Source: a virus
Virus record (IMG/VR): IMGVR_UViG_3300021963_004264
Span: 9,955-73,954 of that record
DNA: 64,000 nucleotides
Reading direction: 5' to 3' (one strand)
The notes beneath the pieces are model-generated. The model made no database searches. It had not been told where the DNA came from and was given only the letters and a program-made list of their open reading frames with translations. Within the stretch, counting starts at the first letter, position 1; the number at the start of each line of letters is the position of its first letter. Position numbers and translations under genes: made by a program. Positions 27,711 through 37,982 of the stretch are shown here, one piece after another.

Positions 27711-28906
27711 TAAAATTCCTCTGGTGCATTACCATGCTCTTTTAGGATTTTATAAAATTCAGGGAAAGTGTCCTTAAACTTTTCGTCCCTGTATTGATCA
27801 CTAAACATTGTATGCTTATAGAAAATGTGCATTTTTGATGTATCATAATCTACATCAGTGCAATATTTAACTGAGCTAACAATATCTGGATGTGTATTGT
27901 TAGCAAATTTTTCAAATACTTTCATCTTAACACGCTTAGGCAATACTTTACAACTTAAATGTTCTGGTGTATACACATGATTAAAGTATATAGGTGTATC
28001 AGGAAACTCTTTATCTCGCCAAGCAATAATTTCATCTAGATAGAATATGTTGAATATACTAACAGTATAACATATGTCAGGAAATAGTACAGGAATTTTT
28101 TGATCTAACAACTTTCTTAAGTTATCTCTAACCTGATCCCACTTAGTAGGATTTCTTATGTATTCAAAATGAGAACCAATGCCGTCAATACTAAAACTTA
28201 CCATAACACGTTTAAAGTGTGGCCACAATTCAACACCTCGTTCAGGATAAATGCTGCCGTTCGTATTATAGTTTAGTGTAATGTCTTTACTGCGGCCAGT
28301 ATCAACTAAGTTTTGTAAAATGTCATAGTGGTCGGTAATTAGTAATGGCTCGCCACCATAAAATTCTAGTACTTCTAAGTCAGTACTAATCTCTTTAAAA
28401 TCCTCCCAGAAAGCAGGATTGCGCTCTGGCCAACGGCCTGCTACTCGCATCTGATCCCAAAAACGATTGCCTTCGCCGTCGCGTTTCTTTTCTTCAGGTA
28501 CCCACAAGCTACTAGCAAAGCTGTTGCAAATTCTACATCTATTGTTACATATATTTCCTAGCTTTAGATCCATAGCAATAGGCTTTTGTAACTCTTTAGC
28601 TTCCTGTGCATTTTTTAATGCATCTGGAAAGTCTTTTAGCGCACGTTGACGCTTACTATGCACGCCAGCGTCTTCAGCAGTCCAACAACTATAACAAGAG
28701 GCTGGCTTTTCACCATTTAAGAAATCCTGCCTTAACTTATCAAGCCACTCACTGTTCCATCCGTCGCTTAGTGTATTCTCTGCAAGATTTAGTTTCTTAC
28801 CATCAGGGCCTTTAATCAATTCGTCCATTTGACAGCAAACACTCATGTGTCCATCAGTACGTGCTTCAATGTTTACGAAAGGCATTGGACAAAAATGTTT
28901 GCTCAT
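27710..28906 (-). CDS. N-terminal Twitch-domain radical SAM protein
   Basis: CPMPF..CC..CYSC, then CNNRCRIC, YGGEP, TNG, SIDG. Confidence 0.9.
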   Translation of the reverse strand: MSKHFCPMPFVNIEARTDGHMSVCCQMDELIKGPDGKKLNLAENTLSDGWNSEWLDKLRQDFLNGEKPASCYSCWTAEDAGVHSKRQRALKDFPDALKNAQEAKELQKPIAMDLKLGNICNNRCRICNSFASSLWVPEEKKRDGEGNRFWDQMRVAGRWPERNPAFWEDFKEISTDLEVLEFYGGEPLLITDHYDILQNLVDTGRSKDITLNYNTNGSIYPERGVELWPHFKRVMVSFSIDGIGSHFEYIRNPTKWDQVRDNLRKLLDQKIPVLFPDICYTVSIFNIFYLDEIIAWRDKEFPDTPIYFNHVYTPEHLSCKVLPKRVKMKVFEKFANNTHPDIVSSVKYCTDVDYDTSKMHIFYKHTMFSDQYRDEKFKDTFPEFYKILKEHGNAPEEF

Positions 28907-30117
28907 ATGTTCTTTAACTCCGGGAATGTTTCTGCAAAGTTATCGCCTCTTAGGTCGTCAAATTCTGCATTAAATTTTTTAAATTCTTCTAATAAATGGG
29001 TATGGTCATCATCTAAAAATTTCATAGCACTGCGGTAGCCTTCTGTAGCTCTACCAATGTGATCCTGCGGTTCTAACCAACGCAAATGTTTATTCCATTT
29101 ATATTTTATTTCTTCTTTTAAACTTTGTGGCAATACACTCATACGAAAACGTGGATTATTTAACAGTACATTAACATACCAATCACCTGCTTTGATGTAA
29201 CCTTTTTCTACCCAACTACGATGAAAGTCTGTAATATGCCATGCATTGTATGCGCTAACTGTAGAACTAACATAAAAATCTATTTCAGGTGCTCTTGTTC
29301 TAAGTTCTTCTATGTTAGCAATAACATCATTCCATATTGTGCCTTTACGTTGATACTCTCCTCGAGCACCTTCTGCATCTAAACTAGCACCAACACTAAT
29401 ATGCTTAAAGTTTTTCCACAAGTCAATGACATTATGTTGCTTATATTTAAGTTTTGTAAAGTTTGTATTGTAGAATATTCGGATATCTGTCTTGCCTAAC
29501 TCAACAAGACGATTCATAATGTGCCAGTGTTCGTCCATAATAATAGGTTCGCCACCAGCCCAATATATTTGTTCGATATGTGGTAGCATAGTTTCGAACT
29601 CTTCCATAAAGCCTTCGACGTCTTTACGGATTTGAATTACGCTTTCTGTGGGTGTTTGGTTAAAACTGCTCTTTACAGCATCTTGAAACCAGTTACTGCT
29701 TAGTTCTGGGCCGCAGTAGCGACAGCGTAGGTTACATACGTTACTGAAGCGGAAGTCTAAGTATACAATATGCAGGTCATCTAAGCTGCCATCAGGATTA
29801 GTTTTTGCAACTTTATCCCAATGCGGCTCTAACCAGTCTTTGTTACTGCGAACACGTAAGCTGTCGTGACCATACTTTTCCTTTTCGTAACAGCGAACAC
29901 ACTCTTTGCAACTTTTGCCCTGTAGCATGTTAAGGCGAACCTGACGCATAGCAGGACTGTTCCATACTTCGCGTAAGCTGTTCTCTCGCAAATCGCCTAT
30001 GTTTGTTTCCCAAGGGCTGTCACAGCACAGCATAGTTTTGCCATTGGGCCATGGGTGCATGTGAATCCATGGCAATATACACATGGTCTTACTATTCTTA
30101 TGATCATCTATGTTCAT
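28903..30117 (-). CDS. N-terminal Twitch-domain radical SAM protein
   Basis: CILPW..CC..CVRC, then CNLRCRYC, AGGEP. Confidence 0.9.
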   Translation of the reverse strand: MNIDDHKNSKTMCILPWIHMHPWPNGKTMLCCDSPWETNIGDLRENSLREVWNSPAMRQVRLNMLQGKSCKECVRCYEKEKYGHDSLRVRSNKDWLEPHWDKVAKTNPDGSLDDLHIVYLDFRFSNVCNLRCRYCGPELSSNWFQDAVKSSFNQTPTESVIQIRKDVEGFMEEFETMLPHIEQIYWAGGEPIIMDEHWHIMNRLVELGKTDIRIFYNTNFTKLKYKQHNVIDLWKNFKHISVGASLDAEGARGEYQRKGTIWNDVIANIEELRTRAPEIDFYVSSTVSAYNAWHITDFHRSWVEKGYIKAGDWYVNVLLNNPRFRMSVLPQSLKEEIKYKWNKHLRWLEPQDHIGRATEGYRSAMKFLDDDHTHLLEEFKKFNAEFDDLRGDNFAETFPELKNI

Positions 30118-30118
30118 T

Positions 30119-31321
30119 TTAAAAATTACTATCTACCCAAGCTTCTATATCATTTGATTGTGCTAGTGTTTTTACTCTATAAAAATTATTTGCTAATCTC
30201 ACAGACATATTTCTTTGTTTTAATATCTCACACCAACCGTTTATTGTATACATATTTACTAAACGTTTTAATTCATCAAACACTAAATCACATCGTTTAT
30301 AAATGTTATCTTCTTTATCATAATTATGATTCACTATATCGTCAAACATATCAAAACCTAGCTCTCGTAGCACTTGTACCATTCCTGGTGCAGCGATGAA
30401 TAAAGGAATTTGATTCATTAAAAATGCTTTAGCAGTTTTTTCTGTAAAAAATACTCTATCAGACGAAACTGTTTGCCAATTATATGGCACAGGACTATAA
30501 TATTTAACATGACTTCTAACATCACTACCAACAGACGACTCTTGAACAACATTAAAAATTGCTGATTCAAATTCTTTGAAAAAATGATGTTGATCATTGT
30601 CTGCGTGATTAACAGATACAGGAAATTTAGCAAGCTCGTCGTCACTAAGCATTAATTTTAAATAATTTATGCTGTTCGGATCTTTCCAAACATTTAATGT
30701 GTCATTGCCCCAACCACAAGTTACTATACCCTTATTTAATAAGTCGGCCTCATTTAAAATTTTGTTAGTAAAATAGATACGTTCTTGTCTAACTAATCTA
30801 CCTAAGCTAACAAAATGTTTATTTTTACAACCTATGTCGCCAGCAGTTGGAATTTTATCTACCACTAAAGGTCTAAAAAGAGATTTAAAAAATGTTGGTG
30901 CAGTAAAGTGTGTTATTTTTAATTTTTCTAGGTGTCTAAGGACAGGGCCTTTAGTGAGGGCGCCATCAATCCATAAAATATTTTTATAACCATCGCTCTG
31001 CAACATATCAAACACAATGTTCCAATATGTTGAGTTTAATGCTTCGGTTGTATAACCAACAATAATATTTTCTTTCTTAGGAAGGCAAGAAAGCGCATAT
31101 TTTGTATAAAGACTAATATCAAATTCGGAGATACTTTGATAATCTATGATGTTAAATGAATTACTTTTATTTGTTAGGCTATCATATAGTGCATCGTACT
31201 GGTCGTTAAGGTGTACAATATCTGCATGACAGATAGTTTTTGTCTTAGTAATTTCTAGATTTTTATTAGGATCTAGATAACTAGGATGATAAAACTTTTC
31301 AATATGTGTGGTTGTATCCAT
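30119..31321 (-). CDS. Putative glycosyltransferase (GT10-like TEK motif family)
   Basis: VVQES...FFTEKTAKAF..QIPLF...GFDMFDDIVNHNYD. Confidence 0.5.
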   Translation of the reverse strand: MDTTTHIEKFYHPSYLDPNKNLEITKTKTICHADIVHLNDQYDALYDSLTNKSNSFNIIDYQSISEFDISLYTKYALSCLPKKENIIVGYTTEALNSTYWNIVFDMLQSDGYKNILWIDGALTKGPVLRHLEKLKITHFTAPTFFKSLFRPLVVDKIPTAGDIGCKNKHFVSLGRLVRQERIYFTNKILNEADLLNKGIVTCGWGNDTLNVWKDPNSINYLKLMLSDDELAKFPVSVNHADNDQHHFFKEFESAIFNVVQESSVGSDVRSHVKYYSPVPYNWQTVSSDRVFFTEKTAKAFLMNQIPLFIAAPGMVQVLRELGFDMFDDIVNHNYDKEDNIYKRCDLVFDELKRLVNMYTINGWCEILKQRNMSVRLANNFYRVKTLAQSNDIEAWVDSNF

Positions 31322-32543
31322 ACTTCTCTATCATTTCTATTAGTTCAGGGAACACAGCACGCCAAGTTAAACTAGCTGGGTGTTGACGTTGCTTATCTAG
31401 TTGATCATTGTAGCGACAAAACTGTTCCCATTTATTTGAATCCCAGTCATCGTTTTCAAATAAACCTGTAATATTTGAAAAATGTACGCCATTACCGTAC
31501 TTACCAACTCTATATTTGTGAATAATTTCTTTTCTTACCTCCGGAGGTAGAACCGCAGGACTTAAAAAGTCAGGATCATATACAAAATTCATATCTACTG
31601 GTACAGGAGCCCAATCTAAAAATTCTTCCAAGTAAGCAAAATTATAAGCACTAACAGTTTGTGTGATGCGTATAGTTAAATCTGTTTCCATAAGTCTATT
31701 AAGATTATCTCTAACATCAGCCCAGTATGTTGGAAAACGTATATAATGATTACGTACATGCAAATCGTCGATGCTCGGGCATACACGAGTCTCTTTGAAT
31801 TCTTTCCATAAAGGAATAGCCTGTTCGGGTAAGTTAGTCATATTAATGTTATACCACAATGTAATATTTTTACTACGGCCACCGTCTACTAACTTACGTA
31901 GATACTTCCAATGTGCTTTAATAAGTGTTGGTTCGCCTCCATTGATATACAATACTTCCATGTTAGGCGCACTATTGTACAAATCTTCATAGAAGCTTTC
32001 ATCCTCAGGCCATTTAAAATCGTTTTTATGATCTAGCCAACTATATCCGTCGTTTACAAACTCTAATTTTTCCACCAATTCTTGATAATCTCGGCGCCAC
32101 TGACTGCTACTTGCTGGATTGCAAGTACGACAGCGAACATTGCATACATTACCAAGACGGAGCTCGACAAAACGAAGGTCAAGAGGAATGCCACCGTTAG
32201 TGTCAGTAATGCTGCTAGCCCAAGTAAGGTCTCGATGAGGATACTGGCCCATTTCATGTTTTCTTTTGCTAACAATTTTTTTATCTTCTTCATCATAACA
32301 CCTCATACATGCAACAGGTTTTTCACCATTTAACATTTGTTGCCTTATTTGCTTAAAGTAATCACTGTTCATGTGGGTGTTAATATCGTGATTATTTAAT
32401 GTAAAGAATTGATCTCCATCTGGGCCAAAATTTCTAGCACGATTTTTACCTGCTGTGTGATCGCTGATACAGCAAGGTGTAACACCACCATGCGGGTGTG
32501 TACCTAAATGAATCCACGGTAGTGGACAGAATGTATTACTCAT
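31299..32543 (-). CDS. N-terminal Twitch-domain radical SAM protein
   Basis: CPLPW..CC..CMRC, then CNVRCRTC, NGGEP. Confidence 0.9.
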   Translation of the reverse strand: MSNTFCPLPWIHLGTHPHGGVTPCCISDHTAGKNRARNFGPDGDQFFTLNNHDINTHMNSDYFKQIRQQMLNGEKPVACMRCYDEEDKKIVSKRKHEMGQYPHRDLTWASSITDTNGGIPLDLRFVELRLGNVCNVRCRTCNPASSSQWRRDYQELVEKLEFVNDGYSWLDHKNDFKWPEDESFYEDLYNSAPNMEVLYINGGEPTLIKAHWKYLRKLVDGGRSKNITLWYNINMTNLPEQAIPLWKEFKETRVCPSIDDLHVRNHYIRFPTYWADVRDNLNRLMETDLTIRITQTVSAYNFAYLEEFLDWAPVPVDMNFVYDPDFLSPAVLPPEVRKEIIHKYRVGKYGNGVHFSNITGLFENDDWDSNKWEQFCRYNDQLDKQRQHPASLTWRAVFPELIEMIEKYGYNHTY

Positions 32544-33877
32544 ATAAATGCGCCTTTCGCTACAGCGCCGTAACGTGGATCTTCTACAGCTTTAGCGTAG
32601 TGAAAATCATAATCAAAATATGGTTTGATTATTTCATACAGTTCAGGAAATACTTTTCTAAAATCTTCGCCTCTATATCTATCACCTGCAACCAGTTGTT
32701 GCATAAACATTCTACGTCTAACAGCCATTTCTGTTTCAACAGTAATATTAGGATCAGGAACATCGCTCCAATCACGCATGGGTATTACTACTTGCTCCAG
32801 TGGTGTTAGTACATGATTAATAATACCTTTGATTTGCCCTTCAACGGAAGCATTAGGAAAAGTCATGTTTTGTAAAGGCGCAACTACTTTGGTTTTTACA
32901 AATTCCTCAAACACATTACTATTAAACCAGCTGGGGAAATGAACCATATTAAAGAAAATTTCAAAATTAGGCCAACGTTCAGCAAATACTTCTACATATT
33001 CTTTTAAGTACATCACATTCATTGCTGATACCGTACATGTAATACTTACATAAATTTCTTTGTTAGTATGTAATGTATGGAAATGGTCTAAATTTTTACT
33101 TACTACATCCCAATCAGCACCATGTCTTAAATATTCAAATCTTTCTTTACTGGCAGCATCAACACTAATACCGAAACCAACATCCTTAAAGTTCTTAATA
33201 AGTTTACCTACCAAGTCAGTGTGTAATTGTGTTCCGTTAGTGCTAAAGTTAAGAGCAATATCTTTTGCAAGATCACGTTCAATAAGTTTTTCAGCAAATG
33301 ATTTAAACTCTTTCATATACAGCGGCTCGCCGCCCATAATTTCTAGATACTTAATATCCTTGATCCAGTCATCCATCTCAGTCCAAAACTTTGCATTTTC
33401 CATGTCGTCCATTTGAATAGCAACTGTTTCTTTTAGATAGGGCAGACCTCTATCTTCAGACTCTTTAACCCACTTACTGCTATAGTTAGGATTACACGTT
33501 CTGCATTTAATATTACAAGTTGTTCCTAAAATAAGTTGGAAGTCTTGCGGCATTTCTGGTTCTTGAGAATAGTCTATTTCTTCGTAGCGCCATTTAGCAT
33601 ACTCGTTATAAATTTCACGTTTAGACTGTTTACCATTAGCTTCGTCTTGCCAACAATGCTTACAGTTTTTTGGTAAACCACCTTCTCTAATTTCTTGGCG
33701 GACATTTTTATAAAATTCACTGTGGAAGATGTCACGAACACTAGTTTCACCAAGTGTATAAAATTCTCCATTAGGCTTTGTTACACGTTGTTGTGCAATA
33801 CAACATGTTCTAACAAATCCACCTGGTTCGTTACTCATGTGCTTCCAAAGCAAACTGCAATATCTAGGTTCAGACAT
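32540..33877 (-). CDS. N-terminal Twitch-domain radical SAM protein
   Basis: CSLLW..CC..CKHC, then CNIKCRTC, MGGEP, STNG. Confidence 0.9.
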   Translation of the reverse strand: MSEPRYCSLLWKHMSNEPGGFVRTCCIAQQRVTKPNGEFYTLGETSVRDIFHSEFYKNVRQEIREGGLPKNCKHCWQDEANGKQSKREIYNEYAKWRYEEIDYSQEPEMPQDFQLILGTTCNIKCRTCNPNYSSKWVKESEDRGLPYLKETVAIQMDDMENAKFWTEMDDWIKDIKYLEIMGGEPLYMKEFKSFAEKLIERDLAKDIALNFSTNGTQLHTDLVGKLIKNFKDVGFGISVDAASKERFEYLRHGADWDVVSKNLDHFHTLHTNKEIYVSITCTVSAMNVMYLKEYVEVFAERWPNFEIFFNMVHFPSWFNSNVFEEFVKTKVVAPLQNMTFPNASVEGQIKGIINHVLTPLEQVVIPMRDWSDVPDPNITVETEMAVRRRMFMQQLVAGDRYRGEDFRKVFPELYEIIKPYFDYDFHYAKAVEDPRYGAVAKGAFI

Positions 33878-35009
33878 TTACTACTTCCTCTTTTTCGTTA
33901 TAAATCTTATATGCTAGGTTATAGTTATGATCTAAAACTTCTTGAACTTCTTCACTATAAACTTTTTCTTTTAAACTGTTAAAAGGCATATCTAAGTATG
34001 TTGTTACTTGATTTAAAATATGATCTATTCTTTCAAAACTGTCGTCTATATCATCATAGCTTTCATCAAATAAAATACCATCAAATGTTTTGAAGCCCCA
34101 TGACCGTAAAACTTTTAATCCGTTTGGCATGCCAAACCTAATAAAAGGTCTTTTATATATTATTGATCTAAAAAGTTTTTCGGATAACACATCTTCTTTC
34201 CACCAATCATTCTTATTTTTAAATTCTTTATAATCTTCAAAACTATAAAAATCCTCTGCTTCATGATAGTCAATATTAAAATTAAATAAACACGAAGAAA
34301 AAGAATTTTTAAATTCGTCAGTTTCGCCAAGCCATATATTTGAAGTCCTAACAATGTTCTCAACATTTTTTGTTAACGAATTAAAGTAATTTTTTTGTTC
34401 GTTAGTTAAATTCCAATCGTCGGGTACATCAAAATTTTCGTAAAAAAACGATGTTATCATCTTTTCTATTCTTGGTGTATTAACAATATTTTTTAAATAC
34501 CATTGTAACACAAAATTTCTATGTAGTGTAGGTCTACCTACAAACATACTTACATGCTTAGTTTCTTCTTTTTCTAAATAGCTACAACCATTTAAAAATA
34601 ATCGCTCTAACCAAAGACTCTTAGGTTGATTGTATACTTTTATTTTTTTATCTATTAGATTTTTGTTACACCATTTATTGTAGCTGTCAGTACTATAAAT
34701 GTTTGATGTTAAAAAAACAATATTTTCTTCGGGAATTTGAAAATGTTTAGATAGGTCATGTAATATATCAAACCATAATTTACTTTTATCGCGAGAACCA
34801 AACAACATAGGCTCTTCTACACAATCTATTATGAGTTGTTTATCTTTATTTTCTAATGCGGCTTTTTCAAAAACTTGTTTAATTTTAAAAAGTTTATTGT
34901 CGTTAGATGATAAAGGGAACCCGCCATGAATAGTTATATAGTAAGAAGTTAGAGGAGAATGAACTCCCCTAACTTCCATTTTACCTGTTATTGTTTTTTG
35001 CAATAACAT
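33870..35009 (-). CDS. Putative glycosyltransferase (GT10-like SEK motif family)
   Basis: LSEKLFRSI..RPFI...GFKTFD..FDESYDDI. Confidence 0.45.
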   Translation of the reverse strand: MLLQKTITGKMEVRGVHSPLTSYYITIHGGFPLSSNDNKLFKIKQVFEKAALENKDKQLIIDCVEEPMLFGSRDKSKLWFDILHDLSKHFQIPEENIVFLTSNIYSTDSYNKWCNKNLIDKKIKVYNQPKSLWLERLFLNGCSYLEKEETKHVSMFVGRPTLHRNFVLQWYLKNIVNTPRIEKMITSFFYENFDVPDDWNLTNEQKNYFNSLTKNVENIVRTSNIWLGETDEFKNSFSSCLFNFNIDYHEAEDFYSFEDYKEFKNKNDWWKEDVLSEKLFRSIIYKRPFIRFGMPNGLKVLRSWGFKTFDGILFDESYDDIDDSFERIDHILNQVTTYLDMPFNSLKEKVYSEEVQEVLDHNYNLAYKIYNEKEEVVNV

Positions 35010-36292
35010 TACCTAGTATTGCCGTAATGAACTACTTCTACACCAGTTAAATCAGGTGTTTTACGCCACGGATCAACTACAACACTTCCTTCGGCAAAGC
35101 TAAGGGTAGTACCATTAGCTGTTGCTACTGTTAATGCTTCATCTGCACCTGTAACTCTGTGATCATTATACCAACCTTTTACAAAGTCTAGCTGTTCACC
35201 GTAAGTAATCTGCGGATTGTGTGCTAGCAAGTAAACAGCTGGGCTAGATAGAACATCAGCTGGCGGTACTTCTCCCATTACTTCGTCTAAGTAATAAAGT
35301 TTAGCACCAAGTTGTTCTACATAATGCCCAACCAACATACTGCTACTACCGGCATCATATGGCACTAATGGCTTATATGCTTTACCTACAATAACTACAG
35401 GCTTGCCGGATGCAAGTTCAACTAACTTTTTAGCCATGTTTTCTGCTTGTACTTCACGTGAACGCATTACAGCATCAAATAAGTCATAGCCTAAGTCTAG
35501 GCGCTCTGCTAGAAAGCGTAGAGCAATATTATCGCGTGGGTGACATGCACCGCCATCGCCCATGCCAGGCTTCATGTAACCTGGTCCCATAATGCGTCTG
35601 TCGCTTGTTGCTAGTGCATCGCAAACTACTTCAGCATTAACATGACCTAGCTTTTCAGCTACGTCCTGAATCATGTTTACTAGGCTTACTTTAGCACTAA
35701 TGAATGTATTATAGAATACTTTGATACATTCTGTTTCTTCCCAAGTACCTACAATGTAACGTGGGCTGTTCTGCATAATGGTCTTGTAGAAGTCTACAAG
35801 TTCTTTTGCATCACCAGTTTCGCTGCCATCCTCTGTACCAATCATAACCATTTCTGGGTTAACCATGTCCCACTTAACAGTACCCATAGCAATTAAGTAT
35901 GGATTATAAATGAAACGTGCATTAGTTATTAATGGTTGTAACTGACTACGAACTGTACCTGGTAGTACAGTTGAGATTAGAACAATTAACTGAGACGGTG
36001 TTGCAACCGCATTTACTTCACGCAGAACGTTCTTGACTACAGTGTAATCAAAGTCTTTGTTAGGTAAATGACTGGTTGGTGCTTTGCCATCATATTTTGG
36101 ATCGTGCGGTGTTTCAACTGCGATAAACACAATATCTTGACCGCGTACTGCATCAGCGAGTGTAGGAACCATTTTAAAGTTCTCTGGCTCGCGTGGTGAA
36201 ATATCATATCCAACAACATCATGGACTTCAGCGACCATCTCGGCGCAGGCTTGTCCTAGCTTGCCAACTCCGATAAATCCGATTGAGGCCAT
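35009..36292 (-). CDS. UDP-glucose/GDP-mannose 6-dehydrogenase family
   Basis: GFIGVGKLG, AVETP, STVLPGT, catalytic K (IKVFYN) and GGACHPRD, AYKP. Confidence 0.9.
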   Translation of the reverse strand: MASIGFIGVGKLGQACAEMVAEVHDVVGYDISPREPENFKMVPTLADAVRGQDIVFIAVETPHDPKYDGKAPTSHLPNKDFDYTVVKNVLREVNAVATPSQLIVLISTVLPGTVRSQLQPLITNARFIYNPYLIAMGTVKWDMVNPEMVMIGTEDGSETGDAKELVDFYKTIMQNSPRYIVGTWEETECIKVFYNTFISAKVSLVNMIQDVAEKLGHVNAEVVCDALATSDRRIMGPGYMKPGMGDGGACHPRDNIALRFLAERLDLGYDLFDAVMRSREVQAENMAKKLVELASGKPVVIVGKAYKPLVPYDAGSSSMLVGHYVEQLGAKLYYLDEVMGEVPPADVLSSPAVYLLAHNPQITYGEQLDFVKGWYNDHRVTGADEALTVATANGTTLSFAEGSVVVDPWRKTPDLTGVEVVHYGNTR

Positions 36293-36310
36293 TTTCTTCT
36301 CCTAAGTTGT

Positions 36311-36342
36311 TAAGTACAGTTTTAACTGTACCTACATATTTA
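36311..36342 (-). promoter_or_regulatory. Late-type promoter with 5' stem-loop
   Basis: GATAAATA on - strand (TAAATA 36342-36337); GTACAGTT-AA-AACTGTAC hairpin; AGGAG RBS downstream. Confidence 0.6.
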
Positions 36343-36363
36343 TCAGGTAATTTTACTTGATTA

Positions 36364-37758
36364 TCAAGTATTTGGCTTTCTCATCCACCAATCGTATAGT
36401 TCGTTGTCGGCTTTGTATATGTCTTCGATGCGTAAAGGCTGTTCTGGACGAATATCAGCAATCTTATCCTGCCAGTTGCGTCCTTTGAAGAAACTGGCTT
36501 CAGCTTGATCTGGCCACTGTTCTTGGAACGTAGGTGTTACTAACATATTCTCTAGTTCACGTATTAGTGTTTGTTGTTTATGTGTAGCACGTGGTACAAT
36601 ATAATCTAAATTTTCTTTAATGATACGATCTAAAATGTGTCTCGGCCAAGCCATAGGACTAAACACAATGTCGGAATGAAATGCAAACATACGTTTAGTT
36701 TCAATTTTAACATCTAATTCTAATGCATAATTAAAGAAAGTTTTTAAATCAAACATACCTGGGCCAGTTAATGTAAGATCCATGAGCATACGATCTTTAC
36801 CTCCTGGTAGTGCTACACCTTCACGGAAGTTACGATCCCATTCATTCCACTTTAACCCAGTACGGATAAATTCACCAATAGTACCAGTACCATCAATACT
36901 AGCGCACATAGTCCAGTCCTTGGCTTGTGGTAACCAATCATACAAATAGTGATTATTAAATCTTACTCTGCTTAAGTTACTGTTATAACGTAAATGTACT
37001 TTTTTAAGATTGTCGTCTTGCGATAAACGATCCATTGCACGCCAGTGAATATCATACATCAATGGTTCACCGCCGACCCAATAAATTTCCTCTACAATAC
37101 CTCGACAGATGGCATCCCAAAATTCTTCTTCTACAACTTCTTTTTGGAATTTCTCAATGATCTTTTTATTTTCGGGGACCATGAAAGGTTGGTTTTCTGG
37201 ACTCCAGAGACCGTGCTTTTTCTTTTCTGCTTCCCAGCTTGAAGAAAGAGGTTCACCACACATACGACACTTAAAATTGCATAAATTACTGACCCTATAG
37301 TCAAAGCTAATAGGCTCCATACGAGTAGTTCCATCATCATCTGTCTCCTCGAACGCTTGTTCGATCTTGTCCTTAAATAAAAATCCTGTAAACCACTGGC
37401 GATAAGTGCTTTGACTTAAAATGCTATCATTACATACTGCACATTGTGGTATTGTTTCCCCGGACATTAGCTTCTTGCGAATGTCCTTCATATAATCACT
37501 ATTCCAGTGTTCGTGTAAACTTACTGGTTTATAATCGTCAATAGTGCCTACTTCTTTATACTTGCCGGTGCTCTTGTCGTTGCTAGCGTCAATGTATTGA
37601 CGCTGCATCATATGTTCTTCGCGACTAGCACAGCACATGCGTCGCTCGCTTTGAGGACTAATGTACGTATGCGTCCATGGCGCCATACAAAATGTTTTGT
37701 TAGGAGATTCTGGACTCATTTGCCCATGTTCCCAAATTGGTTTAATTCTTTTTGTCAT
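36364..37758 (-). CDS. N-terminal Twitch-domain radical SAM protein
   Basis: CMAPW..CC..CAVC, then CNFKCRMC, VGGEP, SIDG. Confidence 0.9.
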   Translation of the reverse strand: MTKRIKPIWEHGQMSPESPNKTFCMAPWTHTYISPQSERRMCCASREEHMMQRQYIDASNDKSTGKYKEVGTIDDYKPVSLHEHWNSDYMKDIRKKLMSGETIPQCAVCNDSILSQSTYRQWFTGFLFKDKIEQAFEETDDDGTTRMEPISFDYRVSNLCNFKCRMCGEPLSSSWEAEKKKHGLWSPENQPFMVPENKKIIEKFQKEVVEEEFWDAICRGIVEEIYWVGGEPLMYDIHWRAMDRLSQDDNLKKVHLRYNSNLSRVRFNNHYLYDWLPQAKDWTMCASIDGTGTIGEFIRTGLKWNEWDRNFREGVALPGGKDRMLMDLTLTGPGMFDLKTFFNYALELDVKIETKRMFAFHSDIVFSPMAWPRHILDRIIKENLDYIVPRATHKQQTLIRELENMLVTPTFQEQWPDQAEASFFKGRNWQDKIADIRPEQPLRIEDIYKADNELYDWWMRKPNT

Positions 37759-37982
37759 AGTTTTTGTATATCTATTACGCCGTAGTGATCCATTGTGGCT
37801 ACTGTTATGTTATGTCGCTTAATTACTGCAAATACTAAATCAATCATTACCTGACTGTTGCCGCAAATTATTTTTAAAGGCACTAATTTTTGATTCATGA
37901 AAATAAAGTTTTCCACTATGCGATCAACGTCATGATGTCTTACTCCGTGTAAATCTAATGTATTATTTTTACCCATTTGCAA
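37755..37982 (-). CDS. Stand-alone Smr-like domain protein
   Basis: LDLHG...LKIICGNS. Confidence 0.65.
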   Translation of the reverse strand: MQMGKNNTLDLHGVRHHDVDRIVENFIFMNQKLVPLKIICGNSQVMIDLVFAVIKRHNITVATMDHYGVIDIQKL

